A DNA stretch of 64,000 nt from Patescibacteria group bacterium (GTDB lineage: Bacteria; Patescibacteriota; Patescibacteriia; Veblenbacterales; UBA10138), in the NCBI GenBank assembly GCA_041648575.1, contig JBAZOT010000001.1:31298-95297 (forward strand), in the 5' to 3' direction. Position 1 is the first letter of the stretch; each line of letters begins with the position of its first letter. A program made the position numbers and the translations under genes. Below the pieces are notes generated by a model. The model ran no database searches. It was not told the DNA's origin and was given only the letters and a program-made list of their open reading frames with translations. Below are positions 28,344 to 37,988 of this stretch, piece by piece.

Positions 28344-29708
28344 ATGAAAAGTAGAAAGAAATTTTGGAAATTAGGCAGAGCAGATTTAAATACTGATTAT
28401 TTTGATATTAACAAAAATGGTCAACTAGTAGTTAAAGAGGGGAATTATCAATACAATTTATTTGATCTAACGCGTAAATTTAACACTTCACTAGAATTAG
28501 TATTTCCTTTTATTATTGAAAAGCGATTGCAGGAATTAATAGCGATTTTTAATAAGTGGATTAAAGCGTATCGTTATCGGGGCAAATTTTTTTATCATTA
28601 CCCAATGAAAGTAAACCAGAATAAGGAATTTGTGCTGCCGATAATTTCTGAAGGTGGAAATATTGAGGTAACAAGTGCCAACGAATTGTGGTTGGTTAAG
28701 CGGTTGTGGGAGCAAGGTCAGTTTAATACTAGAATCAGAGTAATTTGTAATGGACCAAAAACTAATTATTATTTGTCACTTATTTCTGAATTAAGAGAAA
28801 AGGGTTTACAAATAACACCGATTATTGAAGATATGGATGAGGTAGTGTCCATTAATGGTTTTAAAGGTGATGTTGGGATACGACTGGACCCAGATGTTAG
28901 AATACGAGCACATTGGGACAAGAAATTTGGCCGATTTGGTTTACCGGCTAAAGAAATATTAAAATTAGGACGCATTAGAAATTTAAAATTACTGCACTAT
29001 CACATGTCAACACAGATTGAATATCAAGAGGATTTGATTGCACCATTAAAAAAAGCCCTTAATCTGTATGTTAAACTGCATAAAACTAATCCTAATTTAG
29101 ATATGATTGATTTAGGTGGTGGCTTGCCTGTGCCTTATGAAGGAACGCCGCTGTATAATACCGAAGCTATTGTTAAACGAATTATTAGGAATATTCAGCG
29201 AACAACAGATCGTGCTGGAGTTCCTAATCCTGATATCTTGGTAGAGTGGGGAAGTTATTTAGTGGCACCAGCACAAATGACAATTTATCGGGTGTTGAAT
29301 GAAAAGCCAATTGAAAACGCTATGGCGAAAAAATGGTATGTGGTTGACGGAAGTTTTATGAACGATTTAAAAGATACTTGGGCTATTCATCAAAAATGGC
29401 AAGTAGTGCCGATTAATAATTTACATGCTAAAAAATTAACCAGGGTGTGGTTAGCTGGTCTGTCTTGTGATTCAGATGATAAATATACTGCTGGTGGGGA
29501 ATATATTTTATTGCCTCGATTGGAAGACTTAGAAAACGGTGATCAGCAGTTTGTAGCCATGCTTTCTACTGGCGCTTATCAAGATTCCCTAGCATCACAT
29601 CATTGCTTATTATCATCACCAGCTAAGATAATTGCTCAAAATGGGGTTTTAATGGTGGCGAGAAAAAGAGAGAGCGCAGAAGAAGTAGGTAAACAATTTG
29701 GGTGGTAA
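28344..29708 (+). CDS. speA: Biosynthetic arginine decarboxylase-like PLP enzyme (SpeA family, short)
   Basis: YPMKVNQ PLP-lysine motif characteristic of SpeA; immediately followed by agmatinase. Confidence 0.65.
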   Translation: MKSRKKFWKLGRADLNTDYFDINKNGQLVVKEGNYQYNLFDLTRKFNTSLELVFPFIIEKRLQELIAIFNKWIKAYRYRGKFFYHYPMKVNQNKEFVLPIISEGGNIEVTSANELWLVKRLWEQGQFNTRIRVICNGPKTNYYLSLISELREKGLQITPIIEDMDEVVSINGFKGDVGIRLDPDVRIRAHWDKKFGRFGLPAKEILKLGRIRNLKLLHYHMSTQIEYQEDLIAPLKKALNLYVKLHKTNPNLDMIDLGGGLPVPYEGTPLYNTEAIVKRIIRNIQRTTDRAGVPNPDILVEWGSYLVAPAQMTIYRVLNEKPIENAMAKKWYVVDGSFMNDLKDTWAIHQKWQVVPINNLHAKKLTRVWLAGLSCDSDDKYTAGGEYILLPRLEDLENGDQQFVAMLSTGAYQDSLASHHCLLSSPAKIIAQNGVLMVARKRESAEEVGKQFGW

Positions 29709-30588
29709 TAATTTTATGAAACTTAAGTATCAAAAAGAACCATTTAATTTTGGGGGATTAGAGCCAGCCACTTGGGATAAGGCAAGGGTGGCGGTTTTAC
29801 CAATCCCTTATGAAAGCACAACCACTTATGGCGGCGGTACGGCTCGGGGTCCATCTGCTATTATTGACGCTTCGCGGCATATGGAATTATGGGATATAGA
29901 GTTAGGCAAGGATTTTTCTCGTCTTGGTTTTTTTACTTTTCCGGAATTAGAACCAGATATGTCTGGTCCAGAACAAACCATGGGTCGTATTCAAGATGCT
30001 GTAGCTGAAATAGTAAAAGATGAAAAATGGCCTTTGGTGTTAGGTGGCGAACATTCAATAACACCAGCGGTAGTGGCGGCGGTGCAGAGTAAATACAAAA
30101 AATTATCAGTATTACAAATAGATGCGCATACTGATTTGCGGAATGAATACCAAGGCACTAAATATAGTCATGCTTGTGCCATGCGACGTGTTTATGACTT
30201 AAATATTCCAACTGCAGCAGTTGGTATTCGTTCGGTTAGTGAAGAAGAAACAAAGTTTATTAGTAATGCCAAACTTGCCAGTAGAATTTTTTATGCACCT
30301 GAGATTCCAGTTGATACAGTATTAAAATGCTTAAGTGATTATGTATATATCACGGTAGATGTAGATGGTTTTGATTCTAGTATTATGCCCGGAACCGGTA
30401 CCCCTGAACCAGGAGGGTTAAACTGGTATCAGGTTATTGATTTATTGCGTGCTGTTGGTAAGCAGAAAAAAATTGTCGGAGCTGATATTGTGGAATTAGC
30501 ACCAATCCCTGGCCAGCCGGCAGAGGATTTCTTAGCTGCGAAATTAGCTTATAAAATTATTGGTTATTCTTTTTTTGGTAGGAAGTGA
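29698..30588 (+). CDS. speB: Agmatinase (arginase/ureohydrolase family)
   Basis: Mn-binding motifs GGEHSIT, DAHTD, VDVDGFD (ureohydrolase signature). Confidence 0.8.
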   Translation: MGGNNFMKLKYQKEPFNFGGLEPATWDKARVAVLPIPYESTTTYGGGTARGPSAIIDASRHMELWDIELGKDFSRLGFFTFPELEPDMSGPEQTMGRIQDAVAEIVKDEKWPLVLGGEHSITPAVVAAVQSKYKKLSVLQIDAHTDLRNEYQGTKYSHACAMRRVYDLNIPTAAVGIRSVSEEETKFISNAKLASRIFYAPEIPVDTVLKCLSDYVYITVDVDGFDSSIMPGTGTPEPGGLNWYQVIDLLRAVGKQKKIVGADIVELAPIPGQPAEDFLAAKLAYKIIGYSFFGRK

Positions 30589-30629
30589 ATTAATCTGTTA
30601 ATTTGATTCAATTTTTGTAATAAAAAAGA

Positions 30630-30662
30630 GCCATCTGATTTTTTTAATGAAAATCAAATGGC
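30630..30662 (-). terminator. Hairpin GCCATCTGATTTT…AAAATCAAATGGC with a T-run on the minus strand; terminator for the minus-strand operon, possibly bidirectional
   Basis: Seen directly between the convergent speB and 30684-31247 genes. Confidence 0.5.
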
Positions 30663-30683
30663 CCAACCAGCTACTTAGTAGCC

Positions 30684-31247
30684 TTATTTAGTCACTTCCT
30701 CAAATGTGACCTGAGTGTGCTGTTCATTCGCAAATTTTGCGAAATATAGTTTGAAATTAGTACCGGTGAAGAAATGCTTCACCAGAAACTTCGAGACTTT
30801 GCTTAGATCTACTTTTTGTCTTTCAGCCATATCTCGCAGACTGCGTAGGAAGGTATTGGTTCCAATTTTCTCCCGCAGCGATTCATAAGCTTGGCAGTCT
30901 TCGTGATTAATAAGGATAACCACTTTGACCGAATGGAAATGATCAAGTATAAACTCGATCTGCTCCTTAGTCACCTTGAAGTGCTTAGGGAGCGCATCCA
31001 TTTCTGACAACGAACTGATGCCGCCCGGGATAATAATGGGTACATATTTTCCTTGAGCAAGTTCTAGGCATCCTTTTTCTTGTTGGCCTTCGATGAAATT
31101 ACGGAAGGCATTTTGAAAGCGGGGATCGTCGCAGTGAATTATGATGGCTTCGGGGTTTGAATCAAGGTCGACTGGAAATTCCAACACGGTCGTAAATTTT
31201 TCAACAGTTCCTGTTGGTGCAATATTAGATTTATCTTTTTCAGCCAT
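30684..31247 (-). CDS. Beta-carbonic-anhydrase-like protein (CxDxR … HxxC motifs), third gene of the NfeD-flotillin operon
   Basis: HCDDPR (Cys-x-Asp-x-Arg) and HEDCQ (His-x-x-Cys) at beta-CA-like spacing (~65 aa); lacks the usual Gly after Cys. Confidence 0.4.
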   Translation of the reverse strand: MAEKDKSNIAPTGTVEKFTTVLEFPVDLDSNPEAIIIHCDDPRFQNAFRNFIEGQQEKGCLELAQGKYVPIIIPGGISSLSEMDALPKHFKVTKEQIEFILDHFHSVKVVILINHEDCQAYESLREKIGTNTFLRSLRDMAERQKVDLSKVSKFLVKHFFTGTNFKLYFAKFANEQHTQVTFEEVTK

Positions 31248-31337
31248 AGATTATATTCCTCTTGTTATTGGCAAATCAATTAAATATTATGTGGGAGAGT
31301 TTTGTACTCTCCCACTGTTTTTTCCTTTGCATGTTGC

Positions 31338-33104
31338 TTAGGCTTCGACTGTGGTATGTTTTGGGTGTTCCTCCTTGAATTTCAGCCCAGGAAGTAATTT
31401 CTCGATTTCATCAGGTTTAATCCCAATTTTTTCAAGAAAGCCGGTGATGTCCATTTTCAACGCCTTCATTTGCGTGAAGACTTTAAAAATAATATTAGGA
31501 ACGAGAGTGCTCATTCGCTCAATACCGCCATCACCGTTTTTTCCTCCGCCCAAATCGACAATTGAGATATTGTCGATGTTGCTTAAACCAGCGGCTGTCG
31601 ACCGGAAGATTGATTCCATGACTTTCGAGCCAGCTTCGCCAGCTTCCTCAAGCAGTCGCGGTAACCGATCTAGAATGAGTAGCAGTTTGGCTGCCTCACT
31701 CATTTCCATCATTGCCACATTCATGGCTTTGGCGCCATCAGCATCAGCTAGTAAGCCTTGTTTCTTACCTTCAGCTTCAGCTAGTAGGTATTGTTTCTTA
31801 CCTTCAGCATCAGCTAGTAAGCCTTGTTTCTTACCTTCAGCTTGAGCTAACAGTATTGCCCTTTGGCCGTCAGCATCAGCGAGCATGACCTTGAGTTTCA
31901 ACGCTGCTTCACCTTCACCCTTCAGGGTGTCGGCATCTTTTTTACCTTCAGCTTCCGTTTTCAGAGCGATAGCTAAGGCTTCAGCTTCCAATTCGCGTTT
32001 TCTCTTAGCCGCTACAGCTTCAATCTCGATTTTCTTTCGAGCGGCATCCGCATTGATTTCTATCTGCTTGCGATTGGCTTCGGCCTGCATGATAATTGAT
32101 GCATTAAGTTCAGCTTTTTTGCGTTCTGCTTCTTTTTCCTCAACAGCAATTTGTGCTTGTTTTCCCGCGGCATCTCGTTTGGCCTCGGCAATTTTCAATT
32201 GTTCTTGTTGAGCTGCTAAGGCAATCGACTTTGCTGTTTCCGCTTTAGCCACCTCATTAGCTGTCGAGACCTGGTATTGTGCTTTTTTTATGTCCCGGTC
32301 TTTTTCAGCCTCCGCTATCAACGCCTCATTTTTAGCTTTGACAAGAGCGGCTTCTTTGAGCGCATCAGATGTTTTAACCTGCGTATCCCTGTCGGCTTCT
32401 GCTACCTTGACGGCGGCATCTTTTTTAGCCTCGGCTACTGCTTTTTTACCAAGAGCATCAATGTAGCCCTCGGCGTCCTTTACTTCTTGGATGACCAAGG
32501 TGACGATTTCAATACCCAGCCGTTTTAGTTCCTCTTTTGATTCTTCCACGACCTTTTTATTGTACTCGTCTCGCTTTCGCAGGAGCCCATCGATGTCCAG
32601 ATTTCCGATAATAGATCGGTTGTGGCCCTGGAGGATATTTTGAACAATTTTATGAATCTCATCCTCGGCTTTTCCAAGAAAGTTTTCCGCGGCATTCATT
32701 AAATCCTCTGGTGCCGTGCCAATTTTGCAGGTGGCGACACCTTTAACATTAATCGGTACATTATCTTTGTTCGGGATTTCTTTCTCATCGATGTTGATTT
32801 GAAAGGCTGTTGTGGAAAGTTCTGCGAAATTTTCAACAAACGGGATTACGATGCCACCACCCGAGGGAACAACCTTAAAACCAAATGTTCTTTTTGGTGC
32901 TAGTTTAGCGCCATCCTTTTCCACAGCTTTATCCCGGGGATCGGAATAAGTGTATTTTCGGCCGTAGTAAATTCCTACTCTTCCAGGAGGAATTTTTTTG
33001 TAACGACTGGCCATGACTCGTAGTGTAAATAAAATACCAAATACTACGAGTAGTATCATTATTGGTACGAAAACGCTTCCGAAGAAATTTCCTATTGCGT
33101 CCAT
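31338..33104 (-). CDS. floT: Flotillin-like SPFH/band-7 protein with C-terminal EA-rich repeats (FloT-like)
   Basis: N-terminal TM, SPFH domain, long Ala/Glu/Lys coiled coil with repeated LLADAEGKKQG units. Confidence 0.8.
   Translation of the reverse strand: MDAIGNFFGSVFVPIMILLVVFGILFTLRVMASRYKKIPPGRVGIYYGRKYTYSDPRDKAVEKDGAKLAPKRTFGFKVVPSGGGIVIPFVENFAELSTTAFQINIDEKEIPNKDNVPINVKGVATCKIGTAPEDLMNAAENFLGKAEDEIHKIVQNILQGHNRSIIGNLDIDGLLRKRDEYNKKVVEESKEELKRLGIEIVTLVIQEVKDAEGYIDALGKKAVAEAKKDAAVKVAEADRDTQVKTSDALKEAALVKAKNEALIAEAEKDRDIKKAQYQVSTANEVAKAETAKSIALAAQQEQLKIAEAKRDAAGKQAQIAVEEKEAERKKAELNASIIMQAEANRKQIEINADAARKKIEIEAVAAKRKRELEAEALAIALKTEAEGKKDADTLKGEGEAALKLKVMLADADGQRAILLAQAEGKKQGLLADAEGKKQYLLAEAEGKKQGLLADADGAKAMNVAMMEMSEAAKLLLILDRLPRLLEEAGEAGSKVMESIFRSTAAGLSNIDNISIVDLGGGKNGDGGIERMSTLVPNIIFKVFTQMKALKMDITGFLEKIGIKPDEIEKLLPGLKFKEEHPKHTTVEA
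31735..31866. repeat. Tandem 33-nt DNA repeat (~3.5 copies) inside the flotillin gene, encoding the (L)LA(D/E)AEGKKQ(G/Y) repeats
   Basis: cagctagtaagccttgtttcttaccttcagcat repeated on the + strand; also generates the spurious antisense ORFs 31351-31845 and 31885-32211. Confidence 0.8.
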
Positions 33105-33157
33105 GATTATTCTCCATTATTTTGTTTGTAATTTGTGATTTATGATCGTACAAAAAC

Positions 33158-33688
33158 TCAAGTTAGTGTTACTAGTAATTCGCTTCCGTTGTTACCGACA
33201 ATTTTTATTGCCCGGCCTTTTTCTATTGGCTCGCCGTTTTGTGAGCGGGCTAGGTAAGTTTTGTAAGCACCATAGACGGTAACGCTAATTTCTCCTATTC
33301 CATTTTTACTGATGGAAGTTACAACTGACCCGATTAATCCGATGGTGGCTGATGTTGGAATAAGTGAAGTTCCTTGTTGTTTATACATCAGGCTTAAGCC
33401 AAAAAACATTAGCCCAGCGACTATAACGCCAAACAATATGCCGATTAGGGATGACGCAACTATATCGACATTATAATATCTTGCGATTGCACCGGCTGCT
33501 CCGAATACCATAATACCAGTAGCAATAACCTTGGTACTAAAAATACTGATGGTAGTTTCCGAAGTGCCTTCATGATCAATGGTTGTATCGTGGTCGGTAT
33601 CAGTAGAAACATCATGATCATGACCAAAGATTAGTGAAGATGCTAGCCAAATAATGCCAGCAATAGCCAACGCGATGAATATTGGCAT
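33158..33688 (-). CDS. NfeD-family membrane protein (flotillin-associated, C-terminal OB-fold)
   Basis: TM segments plus the C-terminal GEISVTVYG…KGRAIKIVGNNGSELLV NfeD beta-barrel motif; directly upstream of the flotillin gene. Confidence 0.75.
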   Translation of the reverse strand: MPIFIALAIAGIIWLASSLIFGHDHDVSTDTDHDTTIDHEGTSETTISIFSTKVIATGIMVFGAAGAIARYYNVDIVASSLIGILFGVIVAGLMFFGLSLMYKQQGTSLIPTSATIGLIGSVVTSISKNGIGEISVTVYGAYKTYLARSQNGEPIEKGRAIKIVGNNGSELLVTLT

Positions 33689-33898
33689 GATTTACTCCTT
33701 TCGTTGAATGTGAAACATTGTTATTTAATTGTGAATTTTATCAATATTTATATTTATATTTATCGCAACACCTTAACATAAGGCTGTTTTTTTGTCAATG
33801 TTTATAATATTTGGTTATAATATTTTATCAAATTGTCAATACTTTAACTAAGATTACAAATAATGTTAATTTTATTAAATATATTAAATAGAAAAATC

Positions 33899-33932
33899 AG
33901 CCTCCCTAATAGATTTTATGGGGAGGCTTTTT
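33899..33932. terminator. Terminator hairpin AGCCTCCC…GGGAGGCT followed by TTTTT (T-runs on both strands); ends the minus-strand gene 33967-34503
   Basis: Seen directly. Confidence 0.6.
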
Positions 33933-33966
33933 GATGTAAATATATTTTTACTTAACAATTTGGTGT

Positions 33967-34503
33967 TTAGGCATTAATATTCTCTTTGGCTATATTTTTC
34001 TTCACAGTTGTAATAATAGCTGGCCAATCATATGCCTCGGGTCTTAATAGTGTTTCATCTACACCATGAGTTAATATTGGGAGTTTAACGAAGTAAACGA
34101 TTGTTGAAAGTTCATTCGCGGTTTGCATTTCTTGTTTTGTAATATACCATTGATTAGGCTCTTGTTTCCCTAATGAATTAACTAGTGCTATGGTTTCATG
34201 GTTGCAACTATGCGGACGTAATCCCACGATTATAAGTGGGTAATGTCTTTTTGCCGCTTCCTTGCAAAGAGTAATACAATTGAGCGGTTGCGAATCGCAC
34301 CCGTTGGCTAAAGGTATATCAAATTCAGTGAGCATAATATAATCTTTCTCGCTGAGATTAGATGCTTCTTTTTCTAACCGAATTTGATCAAAAACAGATA
34401 ATGCTTGGTTATAACTTTGCGCAATGCGAATATTATGTATTCCTTGAATTTGTTTCAACAGTGCAACAGAAGCAGTGTTCAGTGTAACGATTATAATGTT
34501 CAT
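33967..34503 (-). CDS. Hypothetical protein with a degenerate CheY-like receiver-type N-terminus (no conserved Asp pair)
   Basis: MNIIIVTLN… beta-alpha pattern with IMLTEFDIPL in place of the phospho-acceptor LLDxxMP; identity weak. Confidence 0.3.
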   Translation of the reverse strand: MNIIIVTLNTASVALLKQIQGIHNIRIAQSYNQALSVFDQIRLEKEASNLSEKDYIMLTEFDIPLANGCDSQPLNCITLCKEAAKRHYPLIIVGLRPHSCNHETIALVNSLGKQEPNQWYITKQEMQTANELSTIVYFVKLPILTHGVDETLLRPEAYDWPAIITTVKKNIAKENINA

Positions 34504-34613
34504 TTTTAACTCCTATATTAATTGGTTATTATTTAATTTTTATTTATTTAAGGCTAACATTATATTTCCGTCTTGTCAAGAGTATAAAAATATAGTAAAG
34601 TAAATTCTACTCT

Positions 34614-37334
34614 ATGTCATTTTTAACTAAACTATTTGGTGACCCAAACGCTAAGGTAATTAAGACTTTGGAACCAATAGTCCAGAAAATAAATTCTTTA
34701 GAGCCAGAAGTGCAAAAGTTGACAAATGAGGCACTAAAAGGTAAATCTCAAGAATTTAAGGATCGATTGTCTAAAGGAGAAACTTTGGATGATTTGTTGC
34801 CCGATGCATTTGCTTGTGTTAGGGAGGCGGCCAAGCGCACTTTGGGTCAACGTCATTTTGATGCGCAATTAATCGGCGGTATTGTTTTACATCGCGGACA
34901 AATCGCGGAAATGAGAACTGGTGAAGGAAAAACTTTAACTGCTACTTTGGCTGTATATTTAAATGCCTTATCAAGCAAGGGCGTGCACGTGGTAACGGTA
35001 AATGATTATTTATCGCGACGTGATGCTGTGTGGATGGGGCAAATTTATTACGCTCTTGGTTTGGTGGCTGGTTGTATTAATCACGAGCGGTCGTTTATTT
35101 ACAGCCCAGAAGTAATTCACGAGGATGCTTCATATAACAAGTTAAAGGAGGTTACTCGGCAGGAGGCGTATCAGGCTGATATTACTTATGGAACCAATAA
35201 CGAATTTGGTTTTGATTATTTGCGCGACAATATGGTTTGGCAACTGCAGCAAAAAGCACAACGCGCGCTTAATTATGCCATTGTTGACGAAGTTGACTCC
35301 ATATTGGTAGATGAAGCTAGAACGCCGTTAATTATTTCTGCGCCAGCCGAAGAAGCAGTTGAGAAATATTATGATGTGGCTCGGTTTTTAGCTGGTTTGC
35401 AAGAAAATACTGATTATAATGTTGATGAAAAAATGCATGCCGCCACGTTTAGTGAAGAAGGTGTAACTAGGGCAGAAAAATGGCTGGGCGTGGAAAATTT
35501 GTATACTGGAGCAGATGTGGAAATAATCCATCTACTAGAGGCTGGTTTGAAAGCCAAAGCTTTGTTTAAACGGGATAAGCAATATGTGGTACGCGATAAC
35601 GAAGTGGTAATTGTGGATGAGTTTACTGGTAGGCTGATGTTTGGCCGGCGATATTCCGAGGGGTTGCATCAAGCTATCGAAGCCAAGGAAAATGTAAAAA
35701 TTCAACGGGAAAGTATGACTATGGCCACAGTCACATTTCAAAATTATTTTAGAATGTATGAAAAATTAGCTGGCATGACTGGTACAGCTGCTACTGAAGC
35801 AGAGGAATTTTCTAAAATATATGATTTGGAAGTAGTCACTATACCAACCAATAAACCAATGATTCGTTTGGATGCTTCAGATTTAATTTATAAAACAGAG
35901 CAGTCAAAATTTGACGCTGTGGTTCAGGAAATCAAAACGAGACACGAAGCGGGTCAGCCAGTATTGGTTGGTACTATTTCCATTGCTAAGAATGAAATTT
36001 TGGATGAAATGTTAAAACGTGAAGGAGTACCTCATGAAGTATTAAATGCTAAGAACCACGCGCGTGAAGCAAGTATAATTGCGCAAGCGGGTCGTAGGGG
36101 CGCTGTGACATTAGCTACTAACATGGCGGGACGCGGCGTAGATATTATTTTGGGTGGCTTTCCATTGGATCAAATCGAAGCTGAATTTATCAAACAAGCA
36201 GGTGGTTTGCATGTAATTGGTACAGAGCGCCATGAATCGCGACGTATTGATAACCAGCTAAGAGGCAGATCGGGCCGCCAAGGTGATCCTGGGTCGTCAC
36301 AATTTTTTGTTAGCTTGGAAGACGACTTAATGAGAATTTTTGGCGGTGAAAGAGTAAAAATGATGATGGAGCGACTAGGATTGCCAGATGATGTACCTAT
36401 TACTAACGCTATAGTTTCTAAATCAATTGCCGCAGCTCAAAAAAAAGTTGAAGGTGATAATTTTGATATTAGAAAACATTTGGTTGATTATGACGATGTT
36501 TTAAATAAACAGCGTGAGGCAATCTACCGTCGACGAGTAGAGATTTTAGATTTAGCTGAAGAAAATCCAGCTGAGTTGAAGAATTTGGTTTTAGAACAAG
36601 TAACGGCAGAAATTGCTAGTGTGGTATCATTTCATACGGCCTTAACAGATGAAAAAGAATGGAATTTGCAGGAAATTTATGAAGTAATCAACACAATTTT
36701 TCCGGTGTCGCTCGAGGTTAGAAAAAAACTTAATGAGATAGAAGAGCAAGCGGGTGATGCTTCAGCCGATGCTAAGGCGCGAAATAAACTAATTAACTAT
36801 TTAACTAAATTAGCAACTGAGGAATATGAAACTCATGAGCAACAATTAATTAAGCAAGCGGAAAAATTACAGCAGGGTGATCCGGAAAAAATTATGCGCA
36901 ATGTAGAACGTACAATTTTACTGCGATCCTTGGATAATCATTGGGTAAAACATTTAACTTCTATAGATCACCTTAGGGTTGGTATTGGGCTTAGGGGGTA
37001 TGGTCAGCGTGAACCGTTGGTTGAGTATAAGCGCGAGAGTTATAAAATGTATCAGGATTTGATTGCACTAATTAGAAATTCAGTTGTTTATTCAATTTAT
37101 AAGACTGAATTAACCCAAAGAATGGCTGGAGCTACTGAAGCGCCAGTTAGAAAAACTCAAGAATTAGGGCCGGCTAAAACGAGTTCTACCCAAAATATGA
37201 TGTTTGGCGCTACTTCTTCTACAGCCACAGTTCCGCAGAGTAAAATTAAAGATGCCCAAGGGCACAAAGTCGGCCGCAACGACCCTTGCCCGTGTGGTTC
37301 TGGTAAAAAGTACAAGCGATGTCACGGTAGATAG
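34614..37334 (+). CDS. secA: Preprotein translocase ATPase SecA
   Basis: DEAD-motor motifs (MRTGEGKTLTATL, VDEVDSILVDEARTPLIIS), preprotein-binding and HSD domains, C-terminal Zn finger CPCGSGKKYKRCHG. Confidence 0.95.
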   Translation: MSFLTKLFGDPNAKVIKTLEPIVQKINSLEPEVQKLTNEALKGKSQEFKDRLSKGETLDDLLPDAFACVREAAKRTLGQRHFDAQLIGGIVLHRGQIAEMRTGEGKTLTATLAVYLNALSSKGVHVVTVNDYLSRRDAVWMGQIYYALGLVAGCINHERSFIYSPEVIHEDASYNKLKEVTRQEAYQADITYGTNNEFGFDYLRDNMVWQLQQKAQRALNYAIVDEVDSILVDEARTPLIISAPAEEAVEKYYDVARFLAGLQENTDYNVDEKMHAATFSEEGVTRAEKWLGVENLYTGADVEIIHLLEAGLKAKALFKRDKQYVVRDNEVVIVDEFTGRLMFGRRYSEGLHQAIEAKENVKIQRESMTMATVTFQNYFRMYEKLAGMTGTAATEAEEFSKIYDLEVVTIPTNKPMIRLDASDLIYKTEQSKFDAVVQEIKTRHEAGQPVLVGTISIAKNEILDEMLKREGVPHEVLNAKNHAREASIIAQAGRRGAVTLATNMAGRGVDIILGGFPLDQIEAEFIKQAGGLHVIGTERHESRRIDNQLRGRSGRQGDPGSSQFFVSLEDDLMRIFGGERVKMMMERLGLPDDVPITNAIVSKSIAAAQKKVEGDNFDIRKHLVDYDDVLNKQREAIYRRRVEILDLAEENPAELKNLVLEQVTAEIASVVSFHTALTDEKEWNLQEIYEVINTIFPVSLEVRKKLNEIEEQAGDASADAKARNKLINYLTKLATEEYETHEQQLIKQAEKLQQGDPEKIMRNVERTILLRSLDNHWVKHLTSIDHLRVGIGLRGYGQREPLVEYKRESYKMYQDLIALIRNSVVYSIYKTELTQRMAGATEAPVRKTQELGPAKTSSTQNMMFGATSSTATVPQSKIKDAQGHKVGRNDPCPCGSGKKYKRCHGR

Positions 37335-37398
37335 CTTTTTTGTATAATTAAAGTTCAATATGCCACAACTTTTATTTAATGAAATAAATCTAGCGCAG

Positions 37399-37448
37399 TC
37401 CCGTAGTGAAGTGACACTTCTACTACTAGGATAAGAAGTGTCACGGGA
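37399..37448 (+). other. Strong hairpin after secA: 11-bp perfect stem GTGACACTTCT/AGAAGTGTCAC (12-nt loop) extended by TCCCGT/ACGGGA; no U-tract
   Basis: Seen directly. Confidence 0.5.
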
Positions 37449-37476
37449 AATAATTTAACCTTTAAAAAACGTACCT

Positions 37477-37938
37477 ATGCATAATCCCGAAAAAGAAACT
37501 GGCGAGATAAAAGGAGAGTTGGAATTAGTTTTTACTGGAGATGAATTTATTTTACCTAGTGATACGCGAATTTTAGAGCCCGTGCGAAATGAGCTGGAAA
37601 GAAGATTGTTGGCCGCTGGTTGGGTTGAAGAGAAGATTGAGAAGGTTTTAGTGGCAGTTGATGAAGCAATTACTAACGCTGTTAAGCATGGCAATAAAAA
37701 TAAACCAGAAGCCAAGGTTTATATCAGATTAACCCTTGATAATTTAGATTTTAAAGTTGTAATTCGTGATGAGGGTAGCGGTATTCCAGATGATCAGGTG
37801 CCGGATCCGCGTCAGCAAGAGAATATAACCAAAGCTGATGGTCGTGGTATTTTTTTAATGAAACAACTTAGCGACAAAACAGAATTTAATGGGCCAGAAG
37901 TCATATTATATTTTAAAAATGATGTTCAGATAAATTAA
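37477..37938 (+). CDS. Anti-sigma-factor-type serine kinase (RsbW/SpoIIAB-like HATPase_c)
   Basis: VAVDEAITNAVKHG N-box, VVIRDEGSGIPD G1 box, GRGIFLMKQLSD G2 box; 153 aa. Confidence 0.7.
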   Translation: MHNPEKETGEIKGELELVFTGDEFILPSDTRILEPVRNELERRLLAAGWVEEKIEKVLVAVDEAITNAVKHGNKNKPEAKVYIRLTLDNLDFKVVIRDEGSGIPDDQVPDPRQQENITKADGRGIFLMKQLSDKTEFNGPEVILYFKNDVQIN

Positions 37939-37988
37939 AAAGTGTTGAGACTATCCGTTATTTTTACAATGGTGGTCATGGAAAATAA

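Noticed and set aside
31351-32528. Plus-strand ORFs (164, 108 and 83 aa) rich in Ser/Ala/Pro repeats (…LPSASAS…)
   Set aside because: They are antisense to the flotillin gene and are generated by its tandem 33-nt repeat and GC-skewed coiled-coil coding sequence. No RBS, no independent signals.
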